Assembly (NCBI GenBank): GCA_965285935.1
Contig: OZ260665.1
Span: forward strand, 49,724,001 to 49,788,000
Source: Ophelia neglecta
Lineage: Eukaryota
DNA: 64,000 nucleotides
Reading direction: 5' to 3'
Positions 37,801-51,500 of this stretch are shown here, in pieces. The position numbers were made by a program, and so were the translations under genes. The notes beneath the pieces were generated by a model. It saw only the letters and a program-made list of their open reading frames with translations. It was not told the origin of the DNA and did not search any database. Positions within the stretch are counted from its first letter, which is position 1. Each line of letters opens with the position of its first letter.

Positions 37801-40395
37801 TTACATTGTCATCGACGTTTATGTTTTTGAAATTCAACGCCAGCTGATGACTCGGAAGCTTTACTGAGTATGTCTATGGATAGACAGCTCTCACCCCTTT
37901 GTTATTAAATGTTGGTTTCTTATTATGAAGTCCTCGACCAACGGCCATGAAATTTGTTTGAGGTCTCGTTGGATTGAGCTGCTGGACGGTACATTGACCA
38001 TTTCTCTCATTTGGGACATCAGTAGAGGACCGCTCTTAATGGGTGTGATAGTTGTGCGGATTCATGAGTTCCCTGTGGAACAGGTAATTCTTTGGAAAGT
38101 TGTCCTCGACAAATCAAATTGGCATCGTTTGGATCCTAAAACATGTAGGCCTGAATAGATAGAAACCACAAAAACGGAAGTGTCTTATTAGGGGTTCCTT
38201 TGGCCTGCAACTGCACTAAGGAGAGCAAAACTTGGGTCATGCATGCAGTTTCCTACAGACTCTTTACAATTATACACTATACTTTTTTACTTTACAAACA
38301 AGCATAATGCATCTGTCATGCGCTTTTAAAATTGCACACGCCTTTGATGGAACACGTTGGCAGTCTGGTGTCAGAACGATTCACTAGAGCGTCGAGTGTT
38401 TTCATCATAGCCACGTGAAAGCAGTTCTACGTGCGTCATCACTATGTATTACACAAACAGTGAAAGTAGATGTTATTCGAATGTTCAAGTACTTACACAT
38501 GACATGAACTGAAAATATAATTTTTCATCAAAGCTATGTGGTTTGAACGTATTTGAAACGTAAGATACGCTTTCTAAATGTCTAGTGCATAATGAACCAC
38601 ATGGGCTTGCCTTAGAAACATTTAAACCAGAGTATCCAATTCAATTCAATACAATCTGGTTTATTGTTTCAGTTCTTATAATTCATTTTTGCGATATTCG
38701 TTACATTAAAGCTCTAACAGCAGTCTGTTAAGTTCCACGTGTAGTACTGACGAGTTGAGATAAATCCTGACAGACATGTACGTACTCCTTTTTTCATTAT
38801 TACAGGAAATGATACATAAGACACATCTGCTACGTATACTTCATATATAAATCAAGAACAATTATATCCTAAAATATCGTTTTTCAGACCTTGCACAATT
38901 AAATGAAAAATGCGTCCATCCAGATAAATTCCAATCCTAAAAAATGCACAAATTTATCACCGTGTTTAACATGTTTTTTTCTGGTAGAATTCCGTGGTAA
39001 ACCTATATAGGCTGATAACATCCCCACAACTACGTAAGATAGCAAAATTATGACTTGGTTCTGGATTTTTTAGGGTTCAAAAAGTGACACTGAAAGATGC
39101 CCCCGCATTAGTAACGCGACATCTGAATCGGCTATTTGGGAGATACCGAATGTTGTAAGAAAGTGGTGAAAAGAAGGAAAAACTCATGGTCCTATATTTC
39201 ACTTATCTGATAAATATATAAAACGTCAATCAAATGATTTTCTGGGACATGACATTTCTTTGCATTGGCCCTTGGACATTTAAATTCAGGGCAGACACAT
39301 TCGCCGATTCAATCGGCACTCGAATGGTAGATGCACTGTATGGAGATGTCCTACTGTTTAGAAAGTTTAACTTTTTCGCCTATACGTGAAATTTTGCTAG
39401 AAACTGAACAGCAGTTGATGTCACTAAAGCACAAACCGTCATTGAAATGGAATGGGATGTCAAATAGTCACAAAGCAAACATTTCTTGAATGTGTCTGAA
39501 GCTATATCCTTTTTAGTACCAATTAGTTGTTTTATTACGTCGTATATTGTCCTTGTCAGCTATGGAAAATTATTTCGCTAGAACTTTGAACACAAAGCAC
39601 CTACATAGAAATACAAAGAGAAAGATTTGCACAGACTTGGTACTCAAACATTACAAGGTAAGCTTGAGTTTACAAACGGATGACAATAGGTTTAAAGCAA
39701 ACAACCAGCACTATAAAAATTTGCTGACTCTATGTTCTACATCATAGCACCCTGAGTATGCTGGAACTCCTTTTGTTGCCCCTGATAAAAATGAACATTG
39801 TACTGGCATGTGGATTGTGGCCTTGTCGCAGTCGCCCCCTAATATAATTGATTGATCAATTAACATTTGGGAGCGAACCAAATAGCGAAGAGTAAATAAT
39901 TTATCTATTTGACAAATTATGTTATTAAATTACGAAACGTCAATTGTTCATAAAATGAATCATTCGTGTAGTCCTTATAGTTTTAAAGCTATTAACAAAA
40001 AATTACCTTTACTTTTGGCTCTCTAAAAAAATAGTAAAACAATCTATCAACTCTTGCTGACGGCCTTATAAGCTGCAGACAGCTATTTGTCAAAATGATG
40101 ACGAGGCGCGGGTGACCTCCACCTATAACTCTCAGGCCATTTATAACACAAAACGACTATGAGTGGGTCAGAAATAGTGAGGTTGGGTGCTTTGTCCTGT
40201 TTTGATGCAGGCTTTGTCAAAAGCCATAACCATCCAATCAATTGAGTTATTGACGACTGCTATGCCCACTAGATTCCCCGGTTCTTCTCGGATATCCGTG
40301 TTTACATCATCCCGCCCACTTCCCCCACTATATAGAGCCTCTATTCTGATCATAATCACTATAGTGTACCAGTGTACCGCCAGAACGATCCTGCC

Positions 40396-42299
40396 ATGAT
40401 GCTGACTTGTCAGGTTCTCAGGCCAGGGGCCTTATTCCTGCTCTGTTTGGGGATCACGTTAGACCTATCAGTTGGTAAGTGCTCTTTTTCAGAATCTCTA
40501 CCTTGAGATTTACTTTAAATGAATATTTGGGACCGACTGCTGAGCCATATTCTTCTATTATAGGTCTAAGCCTTACTTAATATTCAGTATTAAGTTCCAG
40601 CTTATTATACCTTGTACATGTACTTTCAAAGAATTCAAAGAATAAGGTTTACGGGTAATCTGTATGGGCTAGCCTAGTGCTGTTTGACAATTAAAAAATT
40701 GCCTGTTTCTGTTCTTTACCATGCAGGCAACAATATAAAAAACATCATTTTCTTATTGGTAATTTCAGAGGCATGTGACACTAAACGCATTTTTGTGGGT
40801 AGTGTAAATGAAGATTTTCCGGATGTATTACCCGTCAATGGTATATACCTAAAGCTCGAGGAAGACCAGCATGGTGTACCTGTGTTTAAACATGAAACGC
40901 TGGACTTCTATTTGTACCATGTCGAGGGCAATCTGTTCGACTTGGGGCCTCACCCTGGCTACTGGGCAATCGGACATAAAGAGGGGGGAAACGATGCTCT
41001 TCTCAGCGCCGCTTCCGCTCATTCAAATCCAGGGGAAGTTGGTCTCAACTGGCGCGTTTGGAATGCACAAACTCAAAGATGGGAGGCAGACAAAAGATTG
41101 AGAGCAAAGTGCGTGCCAAAAAGCTTTCATATCTGTCATGGCGGAAATATTGTTATATCAGGGCTGGAACCCGATCACACGAACCAGGCCTGGCGATTAG
41201 GAGTGTACATTCCCACTAACGAAACCTTCGAATTGAGACCGGTTTACAAACACAAACTGGTGGAGCAATATCTTTTTTTTCATCTTGGTTTGTGGTGGAT
41301 TGGACCAGAAGTGGGTCGTGTGGTTGGAGGCCTTTTCGTCCCGGACAATGCCTGGAAGCCTGAATTAATCGTCCAGGATTGGGTGGTTTTCAATGGCCAC
41401 CATTTTGATGACGACCCGACAGTACGAGTTAACTGCCTCGAAGGTATTTTTGACCGCTTTATACTAAGCTATCATTTTATTTAACTTCAACAGGGAAATA
41501 GAGCGATTTGTTTTCCCATTACGATAATTTAGGACCATAGCCTATCAAAGCATTTTGGCGTCCGTCGAATTTTTCTATAAACCAGTCACCTGGGTTCACA
41601 ACCAATCACTGTTGCCTAAAATCAATTCTTTTCTTTATCCACTGATTCAATCGGTCTTATATACTGTCCATGACTTAGACAGTCCTCTCTACCTAGTTAT
41701 CGAATTACTTACTTTTGATTTAACGATATATATACATGTATATAAATATAGACACATATAAAATGTTTTGGCCAGAATAATGTCCAAGGTACTATGCGAT
41801 GGCCTCGAATTTCACCTAATCCATTTTCTAAGGGTAAATTGTTATATATGAAAAAGGTCAATGATTCCCGATTGATAAAAAACGCAAGATGTGTATTCCG
41901 AATGTAAGAATATTTTGACCATCATTATTCATATGCAATGATCATACCTGACCTCTAGCATATGGCATTCGCCGATTTTCGCAAGGGGTTAAAGCAAAAA
42001 ATTATATTAAATGACTACTGACAATGACGATAGGTATAATAATCATATGTAAAGTTCTATTGGTGGCGTTGAATAGCAATTTGGGTTCTATCTGCATTGT
42101 CTCCTGTTGAATAAATCGTCACAGTGCAAGAATAATATGTTAGTTGTTTGACTACTAACCATGATAATAAAAAGTGGAATGAAGGAACCTTCTCCACATA
42201 TACCATATAAAGGGTGTTCACCTAACACAGAGCTGATTGACATCTTATTTTGTTTTAGATACTGCTGATTCTACGGATGCAGACCATGTTGATATATGA
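40396..42299 (+). CDS. Secreted protein B, tandem paralog of A, C-terminally truncated (signal peptide + two repeats only), 264 aa
   Basis: Exons 40396-40474, 40769-41443 (same 79/675-nt lengths as A, frame intact) and 42259-42299 ending in TGA before the EGF module. Confidence 0.75.
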
Positions 42300-42417
42300 G
42301 AAACGTACAATTGGCCAGTAAATTACTGCTTCAATGGCGGAATATGTGTGATTGCAGACAGTGATAACTTTTTTTGTATGTGTTTACCCTGCTCGTTTGG
42401 AGACCGATGTCAAGAAG
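42300..42417 (+). pseudogene. Decayed EGF-coding segment of gene B, downstream of the stop codon
   Basis: ETYNWPVNYCFNGGICVIADSDNFFCMCLPCSFGDRCQE aligns to exon 3 of A; first Cys is now Trp, an extra Cys is present, and the donor GT has become GG at 42418. Confidence 0.75.
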
Positions 42418-44708
42418 GGGTGATTCCTTATTTTGAAATGAAAGTTTTTTTTCTTGTAAGCAAACGTGAAACGTTTTGTCCACAGAAAGTATTAATAGAG
42501 AAAATCAGCAGTGGTCGTTTTTAATGAGTTAAAATGATTGATGACATTTGTTTTGCCTTAGCTTTCCCAAAGATAAAGGTAATCGGTATTAAATCTACAC
42601 TAAATATCAAATATATGTTTCCTGTTCTATTGTTAATATATATATATTTAATCTGTTCATTTATATGTTCATTTATATTATGAAAATGAAAATAATAATC
42701 TGTACTTGGCTACCCAGTGATATAATTCATCATAAAAGCAGGCTGAATTTGTATTAAAAAATAAACAACCAGCCGTTTCATGTACATGTATACAAGTAGA
42801 CAAGTATAGCGAAGGCCTGCCGAAGGCCACAAATAGATACATAGCAAATTGAAATACAACAAGAAATATCATTGGCACGCACTCAAAATAATGCCAATAT
42901 ACCAAGTAGAAACAAATTGTACCCCGAGTGAAACGTTGTGCACTAACTAGTACATTTGGGCAGAAACAATAGCATAATTGCCCCATTACGGTTCATCTAT
43001 TTTAGGTATATAAAGTTGTTGATGGGGTATGTGAATGGGCTCACCAAGGTTATATAGTATCATAAGTTCATATAGTTTACTTTATTTAAATAGTCACCAG
43101 TGACTTATTTTTCCGAATCAAATATATGCCTCTTTACTGTTACACACAAACATACATGCATACACAAACATAACAGTGTCAATCAAATACAATATATTAA
43201 TATACTCCAGCAAGCAGTGTAAAATGTTTTCTTTCTCTTTTAACGTGGCAAACACCATATATCATTTTAGATAGGGTATGCAGAAACAATACATCTCTTG
43301 TTGAAAAAGAACCTGACTTGGAAGAAATGGCTTTTTGATATTATTTTTCTTTTCTCAGAGTAGAAGGAAATGTTTTTCGTCTTCAACGGCAAGGTGTCGC
43401 AAACAACAAATGCGTAGTATTAATGGAATTCTTGGGTTGGGGTGACAACCCCCTTCAATTTCTAGATTACGGCTGCTAAGGCTCATTCTATTCTTATGAA
43501 TTTGAATTGAGTAATACAATTCGTGTGCAATCCAACTTCAAAAGACGACTTATGCGCTGATTGATATGATAATTGACTGAACGTATCGACAGGCATTGAG
43601 AGCATTAACGCATTAAAGACTTTCAAAGCTATTCAACACCTTGGCTTATTTTGAAACATGCAATACGAAAATGGGTAGAGCGGTACACATTTTTAATAAG
43701 GTGGAAAATGGCCACATTCAACGAAGAGTGCAAGGGTAATTGTTCCTGTGTACGGCTTCCCACAATCGACACCCGTACAACAGGATAGACACATGCGGTA
43801 TAAACAGAAATGGACAAATAAAGTAATAATTTAGCAATTGCCTTGGGATATATTCTCTAGAGTAAACTCTCCGATTGCCTAAAGAGCCTTGTCCTTTAAA
43901 CTCTTTTAGATATCGGTGGCTGGTTTTGAATATATTACCAGAAAAAGAGCGCGTTATAGGCCTATATATATTGGTTTAAATGAGTAAACATCATCAAACT
44001 GTCTCTATAAGACACCCAAGTCATCTAGCAATACATACTGCTCCCTAGCTGAATTAACTACTTTGCTCTTCTGAGTAAAACACAATTTAACGACTTACTG
44101 GACTTGTTATCATAGTCATATTGGCGGAAATCAAATACAGCTGACAATGTTACTTTGCAATTAAATTGAATACTAGTACTTGATTATACCATTCCCTTAT
44201 TTTTCACCCTTTATAATGATAATAAAAAGCACTAATTACTCTGTGGAATGAAAGAATGAAACCACAACACCAAATGAACAACACAATACTTCATCCAATT
44301 ATCTTTAAGTATTGCAAAAGGAAGTGCCAGGCAAGTTGTGGGGCTTGCTTTGTTCATGAGTTACCCAAAGGATGAAGGGTGCCACATGTAGATCAAATAT
44401 ATTTACCATGGAATATCTACTTATGCAACGTGTATAAGTATCTAGCAGCCAGGAAGTAGTTGGCGAATAGGTGACTATAACATTTATATAGGTTACTCTG
44501 AAAAGTATTTGGTCCTTGGCAAAGTTTCAAATTCTAGGCATTTCTAGATGGACTACCGCTCGGCAAACTACGCTGTACGCTGTACACAAGGGCGAACCAT
44601 CCACACAGCTACACTGAGCTTGTGAGATTCAAGGATTACAGATGAAAGTCGCCATCTGCTGTTTGAAATAAACAGACTTTTAGGAATTGAAGACATTGGA
44701 TTAAGTGA

Positions 44709-47377
44709 ATGGCTAGTTCGACAAGCCAGACGAGTGAGCTGGAGGAGGCTGTGGCTACGGACGACATTTCCCGCTTGCTTGGTTTGCTGCAGACCCAAGC
44801 GGAGGCTGATCTTCTAGTTCGGGTACACAATACACTGTTTACAGCCGCTCATCTATCAAAAGACAAATGTATCGAGGCCTTAGCGACTGCATACCCTGAC
44901 GAAACCCGTAAGTGGCTTTCAATATTACTGCAGGATGTTTATTTACTTTTTTTATGTTCTAAAAAAATAAGTGTAAGGTTTGCATTTCTAATGAAAAGAT
45001 GCAGTGTTATTGAAGTAAAAATGACATCACTACAATTAAGATGGGTTTCTAAACACAGTCTAAATTCTAGAAGAAAAAAAGTGGCCAATTTAGCCGATGG
45101 TCTGGTCAAATTTTAAGCAAATAAACATTTATATAAATAAATGTCTTGCTTGACAATAGACTTTAGCATTTGATAATATAATGAACCCTATTTGGACTCG
45201 ATAAAAGTCTAAATGTAGGCGTCTTTTACGGTCTGATTAAAGAAAAGAGGTAGTTAAGAAGAGCAATGCAATATATCATTCCAATAATAAACAGGAATGT
45301 CAGCTAAGAATCACTGCATTTTTTATTACATATGCACCAAATAGGAATCGTGGCATATGTATGTATGTTATTAGTTCCTCAATTAAATGAGAGTGTGTGC
45401 AATGGCACATAGTATAAATCCACAAATCAAGGGAACAGAAGCAAAGAAAACTATAGATTTCTTGAAATGACATTTGGACAATTTTGAAATGCAAAATGGC
45501 CAACACATTCGTCCGTACAGCAACACCGGTAGTCTGTACAATATATTTTCAGTCTGATTTCAAAGGACACGGAACTCAGGATCCCAACTACTGGCCCAGG
45601 GTTTGTAATCAGCAGGTTAAAACGGACATTTTTTTCAAATTCACTGATAAATATTCCACCTGTCCATCTAAATATAACACCATATAACCTATAAAGATTT
45701 GGCGTTAATTTAAAATGAAATCATCATTAACGAAAAGCACATTGATAATCACACTGATTTGTTTTTGTCACAGGAAATTGTGTCAATGACACGTGCCACA
45801 AGCACTCGGGTCACACCCCTCTGTCCCTGGCAGCGTTTTCCGGTACTATTGAGACGCTCGACGTCCTGCTACATTATGACGCCGATGTGTTGGTGTGTAC
45901 AACACAGGGGTACCCGCCCCTCGAGGTGGCATGTACGGCGGGTTCCAGGGAGAAGGCGCAGCGTCTGCTGCAGAAAACACTCGCCAGTATCAAGGAGTCG
46001 AATGTGGCCGAAGTTACCTTCATCTTGTACAGGGGTTTGGTAGAAGCTGCTTTCAAGGGGAGGGCGGAAATTGTGTCAGACTTCCTAAAAGTGGGAATAT
46101 CTGTCAATCTCAACCTCGACGATGACATTGGTAGGAAAGGAGGAGAGTTTAATTATAGGCCATGATCTATTTTATACCATAAACGGTTTATACCATAAGA
46201 GTTTTAAGACTTTTTTTTACGTACTGTCTGTTTTATGATTTGGAGTCAATAAATAATATTTCTCTTATAGGATCGCCTTTGTATAATGCCATAGAATCTG
46301 GAAGTGAAGAATGTGTGGATGTGTTGTTGGTAAATGGGGCTGATATTGAGTGTTTGAGACGCTCTACCCAACAAACACCTCTCATGAAAGCTGCCGAAGT
46401 TGGTAATACATATGCGTTAAAGCGGTTATTAGCCGCCGGAGCTGACATCAATAGACAGACAGACGAATGTTCAAGCGCCCTTATTTTGGCATGTCATTTT
46501 GGACAGGCCGAAAGCGTCAATATCTTAATTGGTAGGCCTAAGACGAATAAGTCAAATTTTGCATTCTGCTTTGACTGTTTTCGTAACTTTTCGGAAGTAT
46601 TCGTTAATATCCTAATATTTAGATTGCAGGTGTAGACCATGCATCACTTATCCACTTGTTTATTCATTACTTATTTTTAAAGAAAATGGAGCCGATATAA
46701 AAAAGAAGAATCCCTGGAACTACTCCGCTTTGTTTATGGGTGCTGATAGTCTGGATATATTGAAGAGGCTCGTCAGAGAAGACCTGGACCTCAATGAACT
46801 GGTAGGGGAGCGCGGCGAGGCAGCTTTACATTTAGTGACAGTCATCGGATCAATTCCAGCAATCAAACTTTTACTAGAATCTGGAGCGGATATTGACTTA
46901 CGAACTAAGTGGAATGAGACGCTGCTATGGCTTGCGGCATGGAAAGGACACACCGAAGTCGCCAGATTCATCATTCAGATGAACTGTGATCTGGACGTTC
47001 CAAGTCATGGATGCCACGTATGGGCATGGGAATATCTGCCAATTGAGGTGTCGCTAGGTATCGGCCACTTCCCAATACCAAGAATGTTAGTATATGCCGG
47101 GTGTGCACTGCGGAACAGTCTGTACTTTACACAAGATGAGGCTGGTCCGATTGAAGAGATACCACATGTTCGGTTGAGAAAGGAAGTACTTCTCCTTCTC
47201 AAATCGTGTCCTACTGAATACGAGTGGTTCCGGGTATATGTAACTAATGCCAATCGGCTCATGCATATATGTCGTCTGCAAATCAGACGTTATATTGGCT
47301 CAAATATATTTGAAAGGGTTGAAACATTACCCATTCCTAAAAGTATAAAAGCATATTTGTGTTTTACGGATTTGTAG
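44709..47377 (+). CDS. Ankyrin-repeat and SOCS-box (ASB-type) protein, 503 aa
   Basis: Exons 44709-44907, 45774-46130, 46271-46531, 46683-47377 join in frame. Ankyrin repeats: GHTPLSLAAFSG, GSPLYNAIESG, QTPLMKAAEVG, GEAALHLVTVIG, ETLLWLAAWKGH. C-terminal SOCS box RLMHICRLQIRRYIG...LPIPKSIKAYL. AATAAA at 47450. Confidence 0.9.
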
Positions 47378-48568
47378 AAGACTTTAAAGTTTACCCAGTC
47401 CTATTACTTAATAGTTTAACATGTTCTCGGCAACGCTTATTTACTGTTAAATAAAATTAACGAGTCTTGGGATTCTTTGTTACGGAACCTAATAAGAACT
47501 ACACATATTTGACTTGAAAAAGTCGACCATTTTTTATTTTTTGTAATACAAACACCACTTCACTACCTCGGTGGTACAATGTAGCCATTTCTGTGAGATA
47601 TTCATGCTCTTATCATATCTTTAATTATGCTTCTTGTTATTCACGATTGATATGGAGATATAATGAAATAACGAGTATATAATTCACTATAATAAGTACA
47701 ACAAAATTTATCACACAAATCTTATACACAATTGATATAAAAAGGGCAAAACTCAACAACATTTGTGCAGCCGTCATTGTGTGCATACCGGTAACAATGT
47801 AACTATAGGAGTTGATTCGTAACAGACTGGAAACGGGGTCTCACGATAAAGGAAAATCGAATGCATTTCTCATATCAGAACATTCCTGGGAATTATCTCG
47901 TCTGCAAGCTTATCAATTGGCCAACTCTCAGATGTGACGTCAGATTGGCAGCCAACCATCCATCTGACGTCATATAAGACGAAATGTAGAAACTTGCGTA
48001 TGGGTTAATTCCTTGCGAGAGGTACTAGAAACCTACATCAAACTTTAAAACATGCAAACCACAGAAAGCTGTTCGGTCACAGCGAAAGAGCTCGAAAGTG
48101 ATCGAGTTATTGGCAGGCTTTATTGATTCTTCAGATCTTGCCATCCATTCCTCTTTTGAAGCTATAACAATAACGTTACCCTAGCATTTCCTTTATCAAA
48201 ACAATAAAGCCTACATCTAGAAAAGCATATATGAAAACTTTCTAATAGGTGGACTGTTGTTTTGACCTTTTTCTTATGAAACACATTGCCCCTTTTGATA
48301 GGTTCTGACGTCATCCGTAGTCACCCCATTTCATATCTACAGCTGTAACGTATTTACAGAAGATACAACAACGAGTTAGCGCCATAGATTGCCACGTATC
48401 TGAAAGCAAAGCGTCAGATTCAACAGATGTTGAGGTTTATCATATCCATGCACTTGTAAGAAAACTTTAAAAACCGGAAGTGCCATCACCAGATGACATT
48501 GAACCCCTGTACAGACGAGTGGGGTCCCGGGAGTGGGGATTAACGAAAGCATCGACGTTGAAAGTCAA

Positions 48569-51500
48569 CTAAAAATCCGATGTTCCTTCGCCCTCGGCCT
48601 GCATGTGAGCCTCCAGAGCCTGCATGCTTCTCGACTGGCGCGAGTGGTCTTGGTAGCCCCCGTACTGCATCTCTTGGCCTTGGCCGTGCTCTTGGTAGCG
48701 GGCCGATTCCGTCGGGGCCTGCTCGGGTTGCCTTAGCGCGTAACCCCTCGGTTTTTGCTTGCGGCCTTCTTCCTCGGCAATCAAGGCAAACACGCTAGAC
48801 TGTGCTGGGTTATATGTCTTGTTAGGGCCTCCAGTGCCGGTTCCTGTTACTCTGCAATAAAACATTATTAATATTACATCTTTCGAGCTTATTTTCACCG
48901 TTTGTATCTTTCAGGAAAAATCTGAAGACATGATAGTGTTCTCCAGGCCTGAATGATAATGAATATAAAAGGGGTAGTCCTATTAGACTACGAAAGCGTG
49001 TCTTTCAATATTATACATCGATAACGACCCCTAGGATCATATTTTTAAGGACATGAGGACTTTTATTTGAGTTAATGAGTCACTGATGAGTCACTATAGG
49101 TCTTTATGCCTATTAGATTGATAGGAACAACTATTACAACACATTACTTACTGCATGGTGCCATATCCGGCGCCGCCTTTAGTCTGTTGTTCAAGCGTGT
49201 TCTGTACATTTTCCCTCGAGTAGAGTCCAATCGGCGTGTTGTACTGGAGGTGGGCTACCTTGGCGTCTCCTTCGTGGGTGGCGGCGTCGTGCTGCTCAAT
49301 GACTTGTCTACCTCCTGGACCGTGGTGGACGGACTGTACTCTAGGGTGATGCGGCTGGACGGAAGCTGGACTATGATGAGGCACATGGGCCGGTGCCGGA
49401 GCGGGAGCTGGAGCGGGTCTCTGGCGAGGTCGCTGCATCTCCCGGGATTGGGCCGCAGCCCTCTGCTCCCCCGGTATCAGATTACCTTGTGCATGCATTT
49501 CCCAGGGCCTCGGACCACCGGACGAGCTTAGAGTGCCTATCCAGGCAGGTGGTTCATCTGGTATATGGTGGATCTCTTGTGGTTTGGCATAGCCTCCGGC
49601 GTCTGGACGGTTGACTGGAGGCGGACAGGGTCTGAGTGGCATCCCTTTAGCGAACGAGGCGGATTTCGCCTGTTTTGATCTTGCGGGAGTCCAGCCTGGT
49701 TCCAGCATGGAGGAGGGCAAGTCCGGCTCAGGTTTCCTGAATGGCCTTGAAGCCCCCAGTGGTCGGTTCTGCTGAGTACGGGCCGCTGCAATACCAAAGG
49801 AGAAATCAGAAAAGAATGTGAACAATGCGGAAAAAAGAAGAGTAAGTGTTCTAAATGCTGCGGTGACTTCTTTATCCCATGCGACTAGTGGACCCTCCGA
49901 ACATCAATCTCGACAAGGTACTGGGCTAGAATAGTGGTCGGTGGAGCACACAAGGAGAAAGACACAACACGCGTGTTGGACAGTCGGTGAAAGACATGCT
50001 TTTATGATAAGACATAATTACGGACATCTCGAAATCATCTGTTCAGTCAACTTACAATGTGTACACTCTTCTACTCTATCAGCATCCATGAACGAATGAC
50101 CTGGCTTTCTTTACCAAAACACTCAATTTTTAACAACTAGTGCAGCTAGCTAGGTATGGAAGATATTCTATAGGTAAAGAGAGCTAAGTTCATTGTAAGA
50201 TTTCCTGCATTGAATTTTTAAAAGACTCAAGAAAGTGTCCTTTTATGTGCCTTTTAAATTTGATTATTTGGCAAATACCTCCAATAAAAGAGTACTGGCT
50301 TAAAAACTGGGCCTAAAGACTGCAGGAGATGTCAGGAAATCATAAGAAAGGTGTTAACGTGGGTACCTTCTGTCAGAGCGGCAGGCCTAAATAGTGGCAT
50401 GGGGTTTCTAAAATTGGAAGACGATGATGGAGTGACAGGCTTTCGGAAAGCGCTTTGATTCCTGTACTGACTGCCCATTGGTCCTGAAGCAGGGAAACAA
50501 TTAGGTTAGCACGTGGTGCATTAGGCATGAACAGGTGATGTGAATGTGAAGATTTATTAGGGCGAGAACAAAATCGGCAGAAGAACTGTGAAATGGACGA
50601 TATAATTTGGGTGAACGTTGGGCACCTTCTAAGCGGAAGTGGTGTTTAAGCCAAAGAGGGTTAATAGGTAAGTACAGGAATGCAAGCGCTGAAACTAGGT
50701 CAGGAGACAGGGCAAGAAGAGATAAAAAGCAGCGTAAATATTCAAGTGAAAAGGAGAACGGAAAGCCTACAAACAATAAAAGAAAACATAAGAAATAAAC
50801 AGATCACTCTACCATTTATATTTGATCTGTAAGCAGCACAATTAAAATAATAAAGTAACTGTATCACATTGAACATTAAGAGTAATTACTAAGGAACACT
50901 TCAATGACACAGACTGGGCACGCATTATAATAAAGTATCTAAGGGAGTTGAAGTTTAGTAAGCAACCTTCTAGGTTGCTCAAACCTAAATTATATCGTGT
51001 AGTATCTATTTATTTGAAGGATCTTTGTTGCCACCTTGACCGCTTCCGAAGAAAATGCAAAAATTAACATTCAGTATAATGATAAAGATACTGTAGTGTC
51101 ATGATGAAGATGAAACAATTCTGATGTAAAATGTCAACCTGTTTCTTCCCTTTCCTAGCATACACTTCTTTTAAACTGTTTGAGTTACACTTGGTGAATT
51201 AAGTTTTAGCTTTGAATTAATTTCAAATGGGGGAGATGAAATATTGCAATATTAGTTTATCACACCCTTTTTGTGTGGAACAGACAAACTGAGACCCCAA
51301 GCCGTGAGGATAGTGGACAGGTTGTTTTATTAAGTACATCTATGAAAATGTATTTTGTGGTTGCTCCCAAATATAAATGCGGAATATGCTCGCATTTTTG
51401 GTAGTTCGAGGTATTTTTAGAATGTGACATTATTCCTTTTCTGTTGATATATTAACCATACATATCGAATTATCGTTTTAAACATATAGACGAATCAGTC

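Noticed and set aside
38743-38787. Minimal hammerhead ribozyme (CTGACGA + stem + CATG)
   Set aside because: The essential GAAA is absent (agac) and stem II is mismatched; at best a dead relic
42297-42299. Selenocysteine or readthrough TGA in gene B
   Set aside because: Aligns to Gln rather than Cys in paralog A; the downstream EGF and donor are also damaged; no SECIS recognised
49106-49614. Plus-strand 141-aa and 73-aa ORFs
   Set aside because: Antisense shadows of the GC-rich ZM exon
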